DNA of 63,691 bases, the filler included, from Intoshia linei (lineage: Eukaryota > Animalia > Orthonectida): assembly GCA_001642005.1 (NCBI GenBank). It is 10 parts of 10 records of this genome, joined end to end, with 100 filler letters (N's around TTAATTAATTAA, not from the genome) between each part and the next. Parts side by side here need not be neighbours in the genome. Positions count along the whole stretch, not along the records: positions 29,838 to 40,859 come from LWCA01001227.1; positions 40,960 to 43,119 come from LWCA01002381.1; positions 43,220 to 50,894 come from LWCA01001528.1; positions 50,995 to 55,671 come from LWCA01001886.1; 6 more parts are not named here. The stretch is one strand, 5' to 3'. Below are positions 40,181 to 54,200 of this stretch, one piece after another. The position numbers and the translations under genes were made by a program. Each line of letters starts with the position of its first letter. Within the stretch, counting starts at the first letter, position 1. Under the pieces are notes generated by a model, which did no database searches, was not told where the DNA came from, and saw only the letters and a program-made list of their open reading frames with translations.

Positions 40181-43100
40181 ATGTATATACAGTGAAACTT
40201 ATCCATGGAAAAGTTTATATAAAGTAAATATATCACGTTTTGTAATATCTACACATTTTTTATAGTACAGTTAAGTTTCGTTAGTAAAGACAAGTTTGGT
40301 AGATAACTTTTTGAAATGTTTTGTTAATAATGATTTATTTATTTTGTCATTCAAAATTGCAATTTTCTTTATAAAAAAGCTACATTTTTTTCTGATTTGA
40401 TTCTGATCATACAACACATTTATTCTCTATTCGCAAATATATAAATTAAATTGTAAATTTGTATATATATTTATTTATATTTTATATGTAGAATATTTTA
40501 TATTTTAGTTACATTTTATTACAAGTCATTTTTTATGACACTTATCACACTTATTTGTTATTCGATAAAGCAATTTATTCGATATTGCAATTTTTAATTT
40601 AAAATCGTTTGCGCATAAAGAGATTTCACAGTAAAACGTATTTATGGTCACACTAGTTATATGACACTTGCATAATTTATGTAATATTTAAATTAGTTGG
40701 TATATTATATTATAAAAAGTGTTAAACCATCTTTCTAAAATTACCATATTACATCAGTGGTTATTAACCGTGGGTGCATAATCAATTTTTGGGATGCACA
40801 GAGTTATTTTCAGTTTTTTTTAATTACATTAATAAAATAATTAGTTAAAAATTAATTTTNNNNNNNNNNNNNNNNNNNNNNNNNNNNNNNNNNNNNNNNN
40901 NNNTTAATTAATTAANNNNNNNNNNNNNNNNNNNNNNNNNNNNNNNNNNNNNNNNNNNNCGAGATATTCTTGTATTTAATAACGAGTGTATTTATAAACG
41001 AGAAACTACTGTAATTAGTTTTTAAAGTTTTTTTAATATATTTAATATATAAATATGCTCTATTTTGGCTTCTAACAAAATCTTCTAATGGCTATAACTT
41101 TTATTCTCATAGATGAAAAGTTTTAATATTTTAGAATATAATTTTATTCATATAGATCAGTGATGCCCAACCTGTCAATTGCAGGTGATTTTCTAGTCCA
41201 TCGCCAAAATTAGAATTAATTTTATATTTTAATAATATTCGTTATTAAAATGATATCTATTTTAATATTGATATATATAATATATTTTTAAGATTGTACA
41301 CATTTCAATAAATGCGATGTAACTTGTTTAAATCATTATCTAATAAGCATCAGGCATCATTGACTTAAGCATCATGAGATAATATTAATTGTTTTATTAT
41401 ATTCTACAGTAGTGTTTATCAACCGGTGTCTCAGTATATTTTAAAAGTCCAACGCCAAATTCTAAGAGTGCTATATAGAACTTCACTATCGATCAGTAAC
41501 ACCGGATTATTTGATTTTGATATTCAAACATTTTTATTTTAATTTGCAGAGTTTATTTGAAAAAACCAATCCACCATTAGAGATTTTAAACAAACGATTT
41601 ACCAATTTCACACTTCATATAATGTAATATAATAATAATATATCATATTTATTATGTGCAATGTTGAATTCCAAGTTGGAAATTCCAACTAACTTTAAAT
41701 CAAACACAGTGATTCCTAACCTTTTTCACTACAGCCCACCGCAGCGTCATAAAAATATTCCACCGCACCTTAAAATTTTTTGTTATACACTTATTACCTT
41801 ATATTCATGTGGAGAGGGCTAGGGGCCATATGGCCCAGGCCTATAATCATGAGGTCTACTTTTTTAATTTATTAAAAGGTAATGTTAGAAAAGTTCTTAA
41901 GAACACCAAAATTATCGTATAATAAAATGTTATATTAACAAGCCAGTTAGTTATTTTTAATTTTTAGATAATGAACGATGGATTAAGCAAGTATAGAAGT
42001 CCCATTTTTAAGAAATAATTTAATATACTATTGAATTATGTAGAATACGATAAAATGCGTTTTAAACACATTTAGTCATTTCTAGGCATCTTTCAAATGT
42101 CAATAAAAAACAACTCAGATCGGTTTGGTTCTGCTAAAACTTTCCAATAAATAAATCTGGATGGATGTAATCCATTGAATTTATCTGTAATCCTACTAAC
42201 CAATTATTTTATCCAATCATTAATGAGTGGTCAAAATTTAAAAGTCATTTTTTTCAAAAATCCCATTTAACCAAACTTTTAGATCAAAAATACTATATCT
42301 CATCCCTAAAGAAAAAACCTAATTTTACCAATCCTTAAAAAAAAACCACTTTTAACCATATTTTTCTGAAAAATCCCATTATCAAAAATTAATATTCTAA
42401 AAATAATATAATAATTTTAAATGAAAAATAATTCAAATTGTTCAGAAGGCCGCGCCAAATCCTCAATAAAGCCACACTTTCCGCACCTCCAGTATATCCT
42501 GTACTAATTACAGTCAATAATCAAACAAGTAATAAAATAGAATTTCTGTTACCCTATACAAAATGAATTTACAAAATTAACAGTCATAGAATTTACAAAA
42601 TCCTTTACTTATATAAAAATGAATGTCTGTGTGTAAGCATTTATTGAAAAAATTGAGTCGCAGAATTAAAAAAAACCCAATTTCTAATACAGTTTTTCCC
42701 AGAGCGTGTTTTAATCAATTTTTCAGTTTCAGAATTTAAGTCCTTCATGGTCAAACACCCAATTTCCCCATTTGTTAAAAAAAATTCAGCCCAAAATGTA
42801 ATAAAACACTCTAGAACGCGTTTTAAAATCATTAACATTGTCGTTAATATCAGCTTCAAATACGCATACCTTCATGGTTAAAACCCAAATTACCCTGTTT
42901 TAAAAATTAAACATATCTTAAAATTTTTTTAAACATAAATTCTGAGATACTTTCAAAAAGTTGTGTCTCAGTGGTGTTTATATTTCTACAAACTAATTCT
43001 TTCCATTTACTAAATACGTTCTCTATAGGGTTTGAAAATCATGGAGTAGGGTGCTAAAAATTCATTTCTGTGACCAGAATTTACAATTAAATTCACAATA

Positions 43101-44377
43101 TCAACCATCTTATGAAATCNNNNNNNNNNNNNNNNNNNNNNNNNNNNNNNNNNNNNNNNNNNNTTAATTAATTAANNNNNNNNNNNNNNNNNNNNNNNNN
43201 NNNNNNNNNNNNNNNNNNNAATGGGACATACAGTCAAAAATACTTTTTGAATTTCAAACAAAAATGTTAAATTAGCACACTCTAACATACATGTTACTTA
43301 TCCAAATTACCAAAAATTTAAGTCTCTACTCATGAAACTTGCAAATAAATTATTATGACATTTTAATCAACTTGGAAGAGATTTTATGTTTATTTTTAAA
43401 CAACATTTAAAATATTTTGAAACGAATACCTAAATTCAAAAATATACATTTTCAGATCTTAATGTTTTAGTTGAAATAATCTAAAATAACCCTGACCATT
43501 TACCAACATCACGTCCCGGGATATAAGATCAAAAAGAAAGAAATCCAATAGAAATCCTAAAATTGCGATTCCAAAAAATTTAAAAGTAAATTTACTTATA
43601 CATTATTGTAGTATAGCCATTATTCGATTTCTCTATATCTACCATTATCTAAATAAACTTTGAATTTTTTATTGAATTTTGCACAATTCAATCAAAATCT
43701 TTTAATCCTTAGTTTTAATTTAATATGGTAAATACTCGTATCATTGCTAGAAATCGCAATCAAGCTTATTTTGATGGTAAATTTAATTTTAGTCAATTTA
43801 TTTAATTTAATACAGTAGTGTAATGCAGTGGTTCCCAAATGGAGGCCTTCAGAGTCTGAGGGCCTTATATAAAGTTTAGTGGACACTGTTTTTTTATTAT
43901 ATAAATCAAGGATCCCTAATTTTTTTCTCACACTGGATGAGCCTAAGAAGGATTTAGCATCTCTGATCTATTTTTAAACTATAAATTGAAAAATAATATA
44001 TTTTTGTTATAGCGTGTTTTTTCTTAAGTTACTGTATATTAAAATTGTAGTTTCATTATTTTTATTTAGACATTATTATATTTGAAAGCAGAATTCGAGA
44101 AATTTTTCAGCATTGTAAACAGAATTGCATCAAATGGACATGTAAGATATTTTATTTCATCAATATTACTGATATAAAATAATATTAATTAAACCATTAC
44201 ATTATATTAAAATTTTATACAATTTAAGGGTAATCCTACCAACTATCAATAGAATGAAATCTTTTTATTTTCGAAACCCGTGTAATATCTTGTACTATTT
44301 TAAACAAAATATGATTTATATAATTTAGAAAATCTAGTTTAGAGATACTGAACTAAACATTATTTTATCGTTTAATG

Positions 44378-44644
44378 CAACCATTCTCAACGAGGTCCAC
44401 AGCAGTTTTTTGGGGACCATGAAAAAATTTATAGTTAAATTATTTACAAAAATTAAATAAAGAGAAAAATGATATTTCCTCAATGATAGTACATTATTTT
44501 GAATTAACGCCATCTAATTTAATATCTACTTTCCAATGAGACTAAAAATAAGTGAATATATTAAATATTCAATCTAACAGTAAAAACAGGGTTTTTTAAA
44601 TATCATCGTAAAGGTCCACGTATAAAAAGGGTTGATAATGTCTG
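44378..44644. mobile_element. Short hAT MITE with perfect 8-bp TSD GTTTAATG
   Basis: CAACCATTCTCAAC / GTTGATAATGTCTG; deletion derivative of the 13704 family. Confidence 0.85.
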
Positions 44645-45905
44645 GTTTAATGATATTTAATATTTCAATTGGGACTTGAAATATATCGTAAACTGTATAA
44701 AATAATACTTTTACGTTGAATTTTGGTTGAATCAAATCTTTTCATTGGTCCTTAATTTTCTTTAAACGTTTTGTATACTGTTTCATAAATAATAACACAA
44801 ACAACTGCATAATTTAGCAGACATGTTCAACCCGTTTTATATTTGATTATAATTTATGTTTAGGTTTAATATCATTATGCATTATATCATGGATATTTAT
44901 AGTTTTGAAAAATATCATTTACAGTGAAAATCGTGTAATTCAAAAATATTTATTATATTAAATTTAGTTGAGAAGCATTTTATACATGCTTTTAAGCAAA
45001 TACTTTATATTGCTTACTATAATCAACCTTTGTATATACTGCTTTGCCATCTATAAAAAAATATTTCCAAATTTAGTGTAATTTTTGATTATTATAGTGA
45101 GTTTATAATTATTATTTCAATAGTTTTTGTATAAAGTAATCTCTTGATTATGACCATTTAAAGCAGGGCGATTTATTGTCAAATTAATGTTATAATTTCC
45201 TTGTTAAATTAGTAATAATAATGTAATTTAACAGTAAATTAAACATATGCAGTGCCGTACCTACTGTAGCTGAGACTGATTTGGTTGTCTTGGCGTAATT
45301 TTTGTTAAATGGGGGTTCATTTTTCTAAAATAGATTTTTAAAAAAATTATATTCCTGATTATCATTACTATTTTAAAATGTCAAGTGAATAGCGTTATAA
45401 CTATACAACGTATAGTATATATGTATAACACTACGCGGCGCGCCGCGTTTGCGAAAAAATTTTGTAGAGTATAATTATAATTCTTGGAAGCTTGGCCTCT
45501 GAACATATGCATTACATTCATGAAATGAAACTACAATTTGTACTAAATTAATAAAGCCAAGCGATTAAAAACCAAGACTAAAACCACAAATTACTCTTTT
45601 TTTTAATGAAAACATTCCTAAAATTTAAAAAAATTTTAATCTGAATAAGTGACACCTTCACTGAATATATGTCATCACATTGAAAATGACAAATTATTTT
45701 GAAGCGCGTCCCAGAAATGTGTTTATAATTTTAGGGTTGATTTTATTTCTAAAATAAAAAGAAATTGCGTTTTGTGCTTTGAAGGATTCAATTTCGGAAA
45801 TGACACTTGCGATACTGCATCACTCTTGAAAAACGGTATTACCAATTGGGGTTTTTATATAAGTAAAGTAAAGAATGTAATGTATATATTTTTTGGGTCC
45901 ATAGG

Positions 45906-46504
45906 GAGAGCCGTCTTAAGCCATTTTGTGGCTCTGGGCTAAGTAAAGGACCGGAGGCCTTTTAAAGTTTTGAGCGAAGCGATAAAAAATTTAGGGCCCC
46001 TTTTTAGAAGACAGGGCATACTGTTGGTTGGAGACTTAGAGTCTTATTTAATTGATTATTAATAAAAGCATTAAAAGATATTATGTAGGTTTTTAGTAAC
46101 TTTTATTTTTTTTACAAAAACTTAATGAACAAAGTTTACTTTTTCATTTGAAAATTTCCTACTTTCTTGTTTGAATATTCACTTAATAGAAAGGTTTTAA
46201 TGTTTAATATTATCATTTGAAACAATTTTTATGTCAATATTATATGATGAACATTGTAGAATATATTTCAAATTGAATAATTATCAGAACTTTGATTCTT
46301 TAAACTATTTTCTTTCTAGCTATTTGAATTCCTACACTTTAAAACTTATAAACTGTTTCTTAAGATATAAATGTGAAGTATTTTTTAATAAATTGGGGCC
46401 TCTTTTTAAGATATACATGTAAAATACTTTTATTAATTTGAGGCCTTTTTTAATGAGTGGCCCTGGGCTACAGCCCATATTGCCCATGCCTTAAAACGGC
46501 TCTG
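45906..46504. mobile_element. hAT MITE nested within a copy of the 13704 family (about 45700-46563)
   Basis: TIRs AGAGCCGTCTTAAG / CTTAAAACGGCTCTG; TSD TCCATAGG / TCCACAGG; host right TIR GGTTGAGAATATCTG ends at 46563. Confidence 0.8.
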
Positions 46505-48053
46505 TCCACAGGTTTTTTCAATATCATTCTCGGGTTCCAGTCAAAAAGGGTTGAGAATATCTGATGTAAATGACGACCACCGGTAGATGTACAGTTAAGC
46601 TACAAGGTTATGGAGTAACTGTTCCCAACCCTTAAAAATATTAGTATCATTTTGAAAAAGGTTGCAAATGCGACTCAGAAATTTAAAATGATTGGTCCTT
46701 CACCTTTTTTTGTGGGATTAACCTGATATATTAACCATTATTAATATATTGTACAATATACAGGGTAATTTATAATGGAGAGATTACTCTTGTTTAACTG
46801 ATGTTAAATTTCGTTTATTTTTTATATTTTCAGCTTGATGCAACGACTGAACAATGTGTTACTATTGTACAATCTAAAATGTGACAAGGTATATTCATTA
46901 GGGATATTCTCAAATTGTAATTTATATTTCTGTTATCAAAAGCAGTCTCGAATTTTTTTACTGCTACCCATCCAAATGAAATTAATGTAAATTAAAAAAT
47001 TTTCAATGCAATTGTTAAATTATCCATCTTTTTATAATATTGTACTAGCTTGACAGATTTCTAATAGTACAAACATACAAGTATCAAACTTTTTGAATCC
47101 ATCCTCCGGAATACCTGGCTAAAGTTTGGGACTTATTCTCTTTGAGTACTGATCTAATCACTCGTCTATTAGATTAAAATTTTTCACTACACTCACTACT
47201 ATTCGCATCGGTCAAAATGTGTCAATGATTTAAATAAAGTGCAGTATGTATTTATGCGATTTGAACTAACATAATGGCATTTAACAATACTGAACTAATT
47301 TTTTAATTATCAAATTTTAATATGCGTTTTTTGTCATAAATGTGAAATCTGTGTAGACGTAGAATATATGATTTTAACTTTTTGAATTATATACATATAT
47401 TTAAATCTAGAATGGAATAATGTCAGGTCTTTACGATGAAACTCCTAAAAGTTTATTTATTGATAAATTACGAAAAACCAATTTGTTGTCGTATTTTTTT
47501 TAATAAAATATACATATCATGTATATCGAAATAACTTATCTTATTGAATCTAACATAAGTTTAGACAATATATTAATTTCTTTTATTTATTAAGATCAGA
47601 TGCTCTTTCAAAAATGTGAGAATCGTAATTCAGATAATTCTCGATTGACACGCAGTAAACTTCATACTCGGGCCTAGCTTGCATTATGTCTATTTCATAG
47701 TTATACTGTGTATAATAATGCAAGATGTTTTCTTTTCATATGAACTACGCTTTACATTTTAATTTAGAGGTATCCTTGTATACATTTTGCATGAACAAAT
47801 TATATGAAAATGATTTATTGATACTACTTTTTTATGTATTGCAACACCTGCAACTGCTTAGCACGTTACGCTAAATAAAATCATAAGTTTCAATTCAGCA
47901 TAAAAGTGGAACGTTGTAAATAAATTACCTTAAATAGAGCATCTGGTTAACATGGAATCGCCTAGGAAAGAATCAATAAATTATTTTCATTTACATACTC
48001 AATCTGAGTAATTCAAACATTTTATGTAAGCTATTAATTTTATCATGTAATTT

Positions 48054-50348
48054 ATGAATACCGTATGTATTTTATGGGTTATAACTGCATTTCTTTCTGC
48101 AATAAAAGGCTATGCAAAACCTTGTTCAGTATTGACTGACAACATTGATTTAAACAGTAATCTCTACCAATTTTCTCAATATATAACATTAAATACCCTT
48201 ATATGTAAAAATACAAAATTTACCAACAATTCTCTCAAATATTTAGGATTTGAAAATATAACTTCCATATTTATTATAAAATCTAAAAATGTAAATATAA
48301 CTCAATTTGCTCAAACATTTCCTAAAGCTACAACAATCAATTTGATTGATTCATCTTTACGAGAAAACAAATATTATGGTATCAGATCAACATTCAATAA
48401 CGAAATTGTCTTGGATTGTCAACTTTTTATCAAATACAAATCAATAAGGTTAATTTCTGTCCATTTTGATGTTTTTAATTGCAATTTATCCCAGAATAAT
48501 TTTAAAAGTTTTGCTGAAATATATTTGAAAAACAATTTTCTCAACAAAATGTACCTGGTAAATATTGGGATTGAAAATTTACACGTTTCCAATAATCAAA
48601 TTGGGATTTTTTCGTCGTGGTCACCTGGACATTATCAAAATGGTCATATTCACATTAAGTATGGAGAATTTATCCAATCTTTATTTTTGGAGTCAAATTT
48701 TTTAAAAAATGTAACTGGATTAACAGAATTAATTTGTCATGATAATAATTTAAAGAATTTTACTTTAAATTTATCAAAATTACAAAAATTAACTTTCGCT
48801 GATTTGTCATTTAATGAAATTTCTAATTTTAAATTTACTGGATCAATATTTACTAAAACCAAGTTAAAATTGGCATTGGTTATTAATCTTGGAAATAATT
48901 TAATTAAAAATTTGGACTTTTTATCAATGTTTTATTCTAAATCATTAAACCAACCTCTAGTGTATTTAAATATGGCTGTGAATAAATCTAGTACTCAATT
49001 TCTTCCAGCGCACCTTCCAATTAAACTGTCAAATACAAAAAACCTCATTAATGCATCGTATCATGAAATGAACATTATTTTGACAGATAATATTATACAA
49101 CCAAGTTGTAGTGATAATTACATTAACGAAAGATTAGAAGAGTTGGGTTATCTTAAAATTGTGTATGACGATTTTTTTATTGTTGGTTCAAAAAAATTAC
49201 AAAATTCGTGCACCAATATTAGAATTCCACGTAAAAAACTTGTCCACGTTCGTTGCATGTCCGACTTAAAGAATGACGATTCTCTCATAATTTCAAACCA
49301 TTCCAAATATATTAAAAAGTCATTTACAGTGAAAGAATTTTCCCCATTTATGAAACAAAAACCTTTTTTGACAATATTAAAATCTATGCAAATACAACCA
49401 TATCAAATGATGTGGATTTTACCTTATATCGGAAACCAATCCAATATTGTCGTTACTACAGAAAAAAATGGTATATTTACAATTCCTTCAATGGGCAATA
49501 AAAACAATGGTAATTATACGTGCATTTATTACAACCAATTTAACAGCAATTTTTACATCTCTACAATAAACGTTAAAATTGATTATGCCTTCTATCTGAA
49601 TTATCTAGAATTGGTTAGCTATGCAATAGGAGCGACTTGTTGCGTCATTGCCTTCATGTTGGCCGTCTTAATTGAAGTGTTTAGAAGAGTTATGAGAATT
49701 TGCCGTGTTCGAATCGAATTTGAAAAAATTATTAAACCCTTTTATTTCGATTTATCCAACCTCAACAAAACAAAGTTGGAAACTATTAAACAATTTAAGA
49801 ATAAACACAAAAAACTTTTATATACAGGAAGTAATAGAATAAAGAAAATATTTGGTGTTCACAAACAAATGACGTCCTCACTGCTAAATTTAATATCCCA
49901 TATAACAGAAGCATATCACCAAAATTCAGAACAACTTCGAACTCGCTATCAAAACATTTATCAAAGCACAGTGACAAGAATGGGTAATTTGTCGGCTCAC
50001 GTGGAATTGGAAAATATTCGAAAACAAATTGAACGATTACGCACAAGTTATTGTAATCAGTATTATAATGTATGCAACTTGTTTCGATCTTTGGGTGATA
50101 AAATTTATTCTTCTGGAGACAGAGAAATTATATTCACTGATTTTGCGGAAAAATGCGGTCTTTTAAATAATCAGTCATATTTAATTGAAACCCTTGATGA
50201 AAATGGAAATTGTTACGTTAGCCTTAATCGACATTTTTATCATAAAAGATGTCATAGTCATAATTTTTGCAATGATAACAAAAGCTCAACTATTCCCAAG
50301 TGGAACAGTATGGTTAATTTAAATTATAATGAACCAAAACATTTATAA
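48054..50348 (+). CDS. Intronless type I membrane protein: signal peptide, LRRs, Ig domain, TM, helical cytoplasmic tail (IGLR-2-like)
   Basis: 764-aa ORF; LRR motifs (LTELICHDNNL, LTFADLSFNEI, INLGNNLI), Ig motif NGNYTC, TM YAIGATCCVIAFMLAVLI, tail with EQLRTRY..QIERLRTSY. Confidence 0.85.
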   Translation: MNTVCILWVITAFLSAIKGYAKPCSVLTDNIDLNSNLYQFSQYITLNTLICKNTKFTNNSLKYLGFENITSIFIIKSKNVNITQFAQTFPKATTINLIDSSLRENKYYGIRSTFNNEIVLDCQLFIKYKSIRLISVHFDVFNCNLSQNNFKSFAEIYLKNNFLNKMYLVNIGIENLHVSNNQIGIFSSWSPGHYQNGHIHIKYGEFIQSLFLESNFLKNVTGLTELICHDNNLKNFTLNLSKLQKLTFADLSFNEISNFKFTGSIFTKTKLKLALVINLGNNLIKNLDFLSMFYSKSLNQPLVYLNMAVNKSSTQFLPAHLPIKLSNTKNLINASYHEMNIILTDNIIQPSCSDNYINERLEELGYLKIVYDDFFIVGSKKLQNSCTNIRIPRKKLVHVRCMSDLKNDDSLIISNHSKYIKKSFTVKEFSPFMKQKPFLTILKSMQIQPYQMMWILPYIGNQSNIVVTTEKNGIFTIPSMGNKNNGNYTCIYYNQFNSNFYISTINVKIDYAFYLNYLELVSYAIGATCCVIAFMLAVLIEVFRRVMRICRVRIEFEKIIKPFYFDLSNLNKTKLETIKQFKNKHKKLLYTGSNRIKKIFGVHKQMTSSLLNLISHITEAYHQNSEQLRTRYQNIYQSTVTRMGNLSAHVELENIRKQIERLRTSYCNQYYNVCNLFRSLGDKIYSSGDREIIFTDFAEKCGLLNNQSYLIETLDENGNCYVSLNRHFYHKRCHSHNFCNDNKSSTIPKWNSMVNLNYNEPKHL

Positions 50349-50377
50349 ATCAAACAAATTTAATAAAAAATTTTATC

Positions 50378-50525
50378 TTAATTTGTTGATTCTACTTCTT
50401 TCGTCTGTAAACCTTTGAACGATGCAACATTCAGGGCTGTTACGAGAGTAAATACTTTGGGGTTGCTGTGGTCGTCTTCGTTTCTCTGACGAGATAATCT
50501 AACTCGAATTCGCCTTGGTACATTT
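50378..50525 (-). CDS. RPL31: 60S ribosomal protein L31 (eL31), last exon only
   Basis: After a ttttag acceptor: [48 protein letters not shown]. Confidence 0.93.
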
Positions 50526-51275
50526 CTAAAAATTAATAGTTATAAAATGTTATAATTGTCAGTTTTACGGTATCACCATATGGGTTTTATATTCTTCCAT
50601 ATTAGGATAGATAATATGACGAGTTTGGGGCCCAGAAAAATATCATTTGTACTCCTTAGAAAATTACATTTTAGATGGTATGCAATATATTTAAAATTAA
50701 TATTTTGGAGTGTCTATAGATTTGTTATTATGCAAAAAAGCTATACGACGAAAACAGTTTAACGAGCAACTTAGTTATTAATCATTTTACTTAATTTCAA
50801 TGCAATTAAAAATCAACTACATTTTATTAAATCATAACTATATCAGATCACTAGTTTCCTCAAAACAAAATTAGGAAGACCATCGTGATGTATTNNNNNN
50901 NNNNNNNNNNNNNNNNNNNNNNNNNNNNNNNNNNNNNNTTAATTAATTAANNNNNNNNNNNNNNNNNNNNNNNNNNNNNNNNNNNNNNNNNNNNTGAACA
51001 ATGTTCAGTGAGTATACATTGGGATAATTACTAAATCATTTTCTAATTTAAGTAGATAATATTTATTTAAAGTACATGTATGTCAAATAAATAAATCATT
51101 TTAAAATTTTTCTTAAAATATAATTTTCTATAAATAATAATTTGTATATTCCAGCGATCGACTCAAAAAATTTCGGGATTAACCTGTTGGCCACCCCTGA
51201 TGTATTGTATTGTCAAAGGGTTAATAAATTATAATTTATATAGATATAGATGTATATAAAAATTAGAGACGTTAG

Positions 51276-54200
51276 GATTCACATAAAAAGAGACAAAGTG
51301 AAATTAAAGGATGGAATATCCAATTCTTATTGGTGGATTTAATTAAATTTAAGTCTGTATTTGCCATGTTTAGCACTCGTAAAATTGTTCGAGGAATTAG
51401 CTCATATTGTTTGCTATCCTTTTGTATTGTTTCTTACGAATCAATTTATTTTACATGGCTATCCACTTCTGTAGCAAAAGGTAAAATTTTAAGTGTGTAA
51501 TCAAGATATATCATAAACTACTATAAGGAGGATTGCACTTGGATACTGCTCAATTATCTAAAATTATGGTACCTGTATATATCCCTGCGTCAATATTTAT
51601 GTTAATATTTTTCAATTGGTTTACAGCAAAATATAGAATCAAACATGTATAGTTACTTTTATACAAATATGATGTAATGTTTTAGCTATATTCTGTTATG
51701 GAATCAATTTTATTGTTTTTCATTATTTGTACACCATTAATATACTATTTTGTCAAAAGGTTATTTTAATGTACATGTTAATATATAAAATGGCAGATTT
51801 AAATTGAGTTAAGGTGTATATAAAAAAACCTGTGTACTCATATAAACTAAATTGTCTATGATTAAATATGAAAAGCCTGATTATTTGTTTTATATTTTAT
51901 ATTAATTTAGCAAAATTGCAACTTATAGTCTCATCATATTATTTCAAATATTTATATTCATTATAAGGAATTTTGTGTTTGTATACATAACAATTATTAT
52001 CAATAACAGCATTGAAGAAAAAAAAGTCGGCAAACTAAATGGAATTTCTTATTCAATATGTTGTTTTGTGCGGTAATTTATTATTGTAAATTAGTAATTT
52101 ATATTTAAAATGATTAACATTAATTTATATGAATAACATGGACAAATGAAATAACCTATAAAAATTTAAAACGCTAAAATGACTTTGTGCCCTTTGAGCA
52201 TTTATCATTTTAATTAGTTTTTAGATTAATAATTTCACTTATTTCTGTGGTGAGGACCAGGGTAGTGTTTCCAACCTTTTTTGAATAATCGCTCATCAAT
52301 GATTTATATTGATACATTTTTTTTAAATTTATTACATTAGGGTGTCTACTTTTTTTTATTAAAAAAACTCAGTTTCCATGTGGATACCTTTTTTAGGTGA
52401 TAAATACTTAAAATCAAAAAGGCATCCACATGCAAAATGGGCTTTCTAATAAAAAAAAAACATCAAAAGTGGACCCCCTGTTATTACATATATTAAAAAT
52501 ATAAAAATAAATTTTTCATGAGAACTTTGAGCTTGATATTTTCCACGTAGAGCAAGGCTTTTTCTGGGGACAATCAACCCCCAAGGGGTGAATATTTTTA
52601 TGAGGGAGTGAATAGGGGTGAATGATAAATTTTTAACATATTTTATATAATTTAGTCAAATATGTGAAAAAACCAAAATTTTACCAATCCTTAAGTAAAA
52701 AATACCTTTTTACCAATATTTTTTTGAAAAATTCAATTTTACCAGACTTATAGATAAAAAATCCCTCTATCAGATCCCAAAATAAAAAAGCCAATTTCCC
52801 AAACCCTCAAGGAAATAATGCCCTTTTACCAATATTTTTTGAAAAATCCAATGTTATCAAACTTTTGGAATAAACCTTCTATCAGATCCCAAAAAAAAAA
52901 CCCAATTTTACCAACCCTTAAGGAAATAATTCCTGTTACCAATATTTTACAATATTGAAATCAATTCTTACATCTCCATGTTCTACTCTGATATCTTCTC
53001 TCGAGGTAATATCAAGTGTATTACTTTTTAGTGATAATTTCATTAATATGACTGAAACAGCATTCAACCATATAAGACGTAGATAATAAAATTAAAAATT
53101 GCCCCACTTTTCGCTACATGGAAAAATACAAATTTTTATAATATTTTTAATTTTTTTGTAATATAGTTTGTAGGTAAAAAATTAATCTTAATATTTCAGT
53201 TTTAACTTGGGTCTTTAGTCAATGAATTTTTATGAAGTTAATAATAATAGTTAATAGTTAATAGATATTGATAATTTAAAGTTAATTTTTCAGTTTTAAC
53301 TTGAGTATATAGGCATCATCATTCAATTTATAATATAATCAGCTGTAAATAAATGAAAAAAGATTTTCTGATAAACAAACAATGAATAAATCGATTGAAA
53401 ATGTAAAGAATTTATACTAAAAAACACAATTCAATTAATTTTTGATAATTTGGTTTGAAACAAGACTAGTTACATTTGTATTTTGATTAGAGTATTTATA
53501 TCTTGGACTGTTTTAAAATTTTTAAAGGATTCTACCATGCTTAATCGATAATATAAATTATTTATTTATGTTTATAATAAACTTTATTTATATTTTGTAA
53601 TTCTAAATTAAATACAGTTTAAGTCCTATTTAACGGAATTTTAAAATTTTGACAAACCAAAAATTCCGTTAACTAAAATTTTACTCTTAAAATATGTTTT
53701 CTTATTTATTTACAAGATTATCTTAAATAAAAAAAAATAAAAAGCAAACATTTTATAAATTTGATTTTATTGAGCGATATTAAACAAATCTAAAAATAGC
53801 TTTTATCTACCCCACTTATTTGAATAACTATTATAATTCATTATAAACATTCACATGTATTTATTTAGTATTCACAATCTCCAATAAAGAAATATGTATA
53901 TCTCTTCATAGCTATATTTAATAATTTTAATTTTCAAAATAATTCCGTTAAATATGACGTTTTTATAGAAAAACATCGAACAGGATGTTTACCGGAATTC
54001 CTAAATTTTCGAGTTCCAAAAATTCCGTTAAATAGTACTTAGACAGAATGTCCAGATTTTATAAGTACTAAATAAGTATTTTTCGAAATGTCTTAAAAAC
54101 AAAAAGAACAATAAAATTTGAATTGAAAGTTCTAACAATTTGAAATTTAAAATATGAAATGTAAATGTTAATTTTATTGGTATTTATCATTGCAAATTAT

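Noticed and set aside
3197-50348. Functional clustering of ACSBG with the IGLR-2-like gene (lipid homeostasis)
   Set aside because: They lie on different contigs separated by artificial spacers.
50526-50894. Intronic snoRNA in the RPL31 intron (two minus-strand hairpins near 50790-50890)
   Set aside because: No correctly placed ANANNA/ACA or C/D boxes were found; an Infernal search would be needed.
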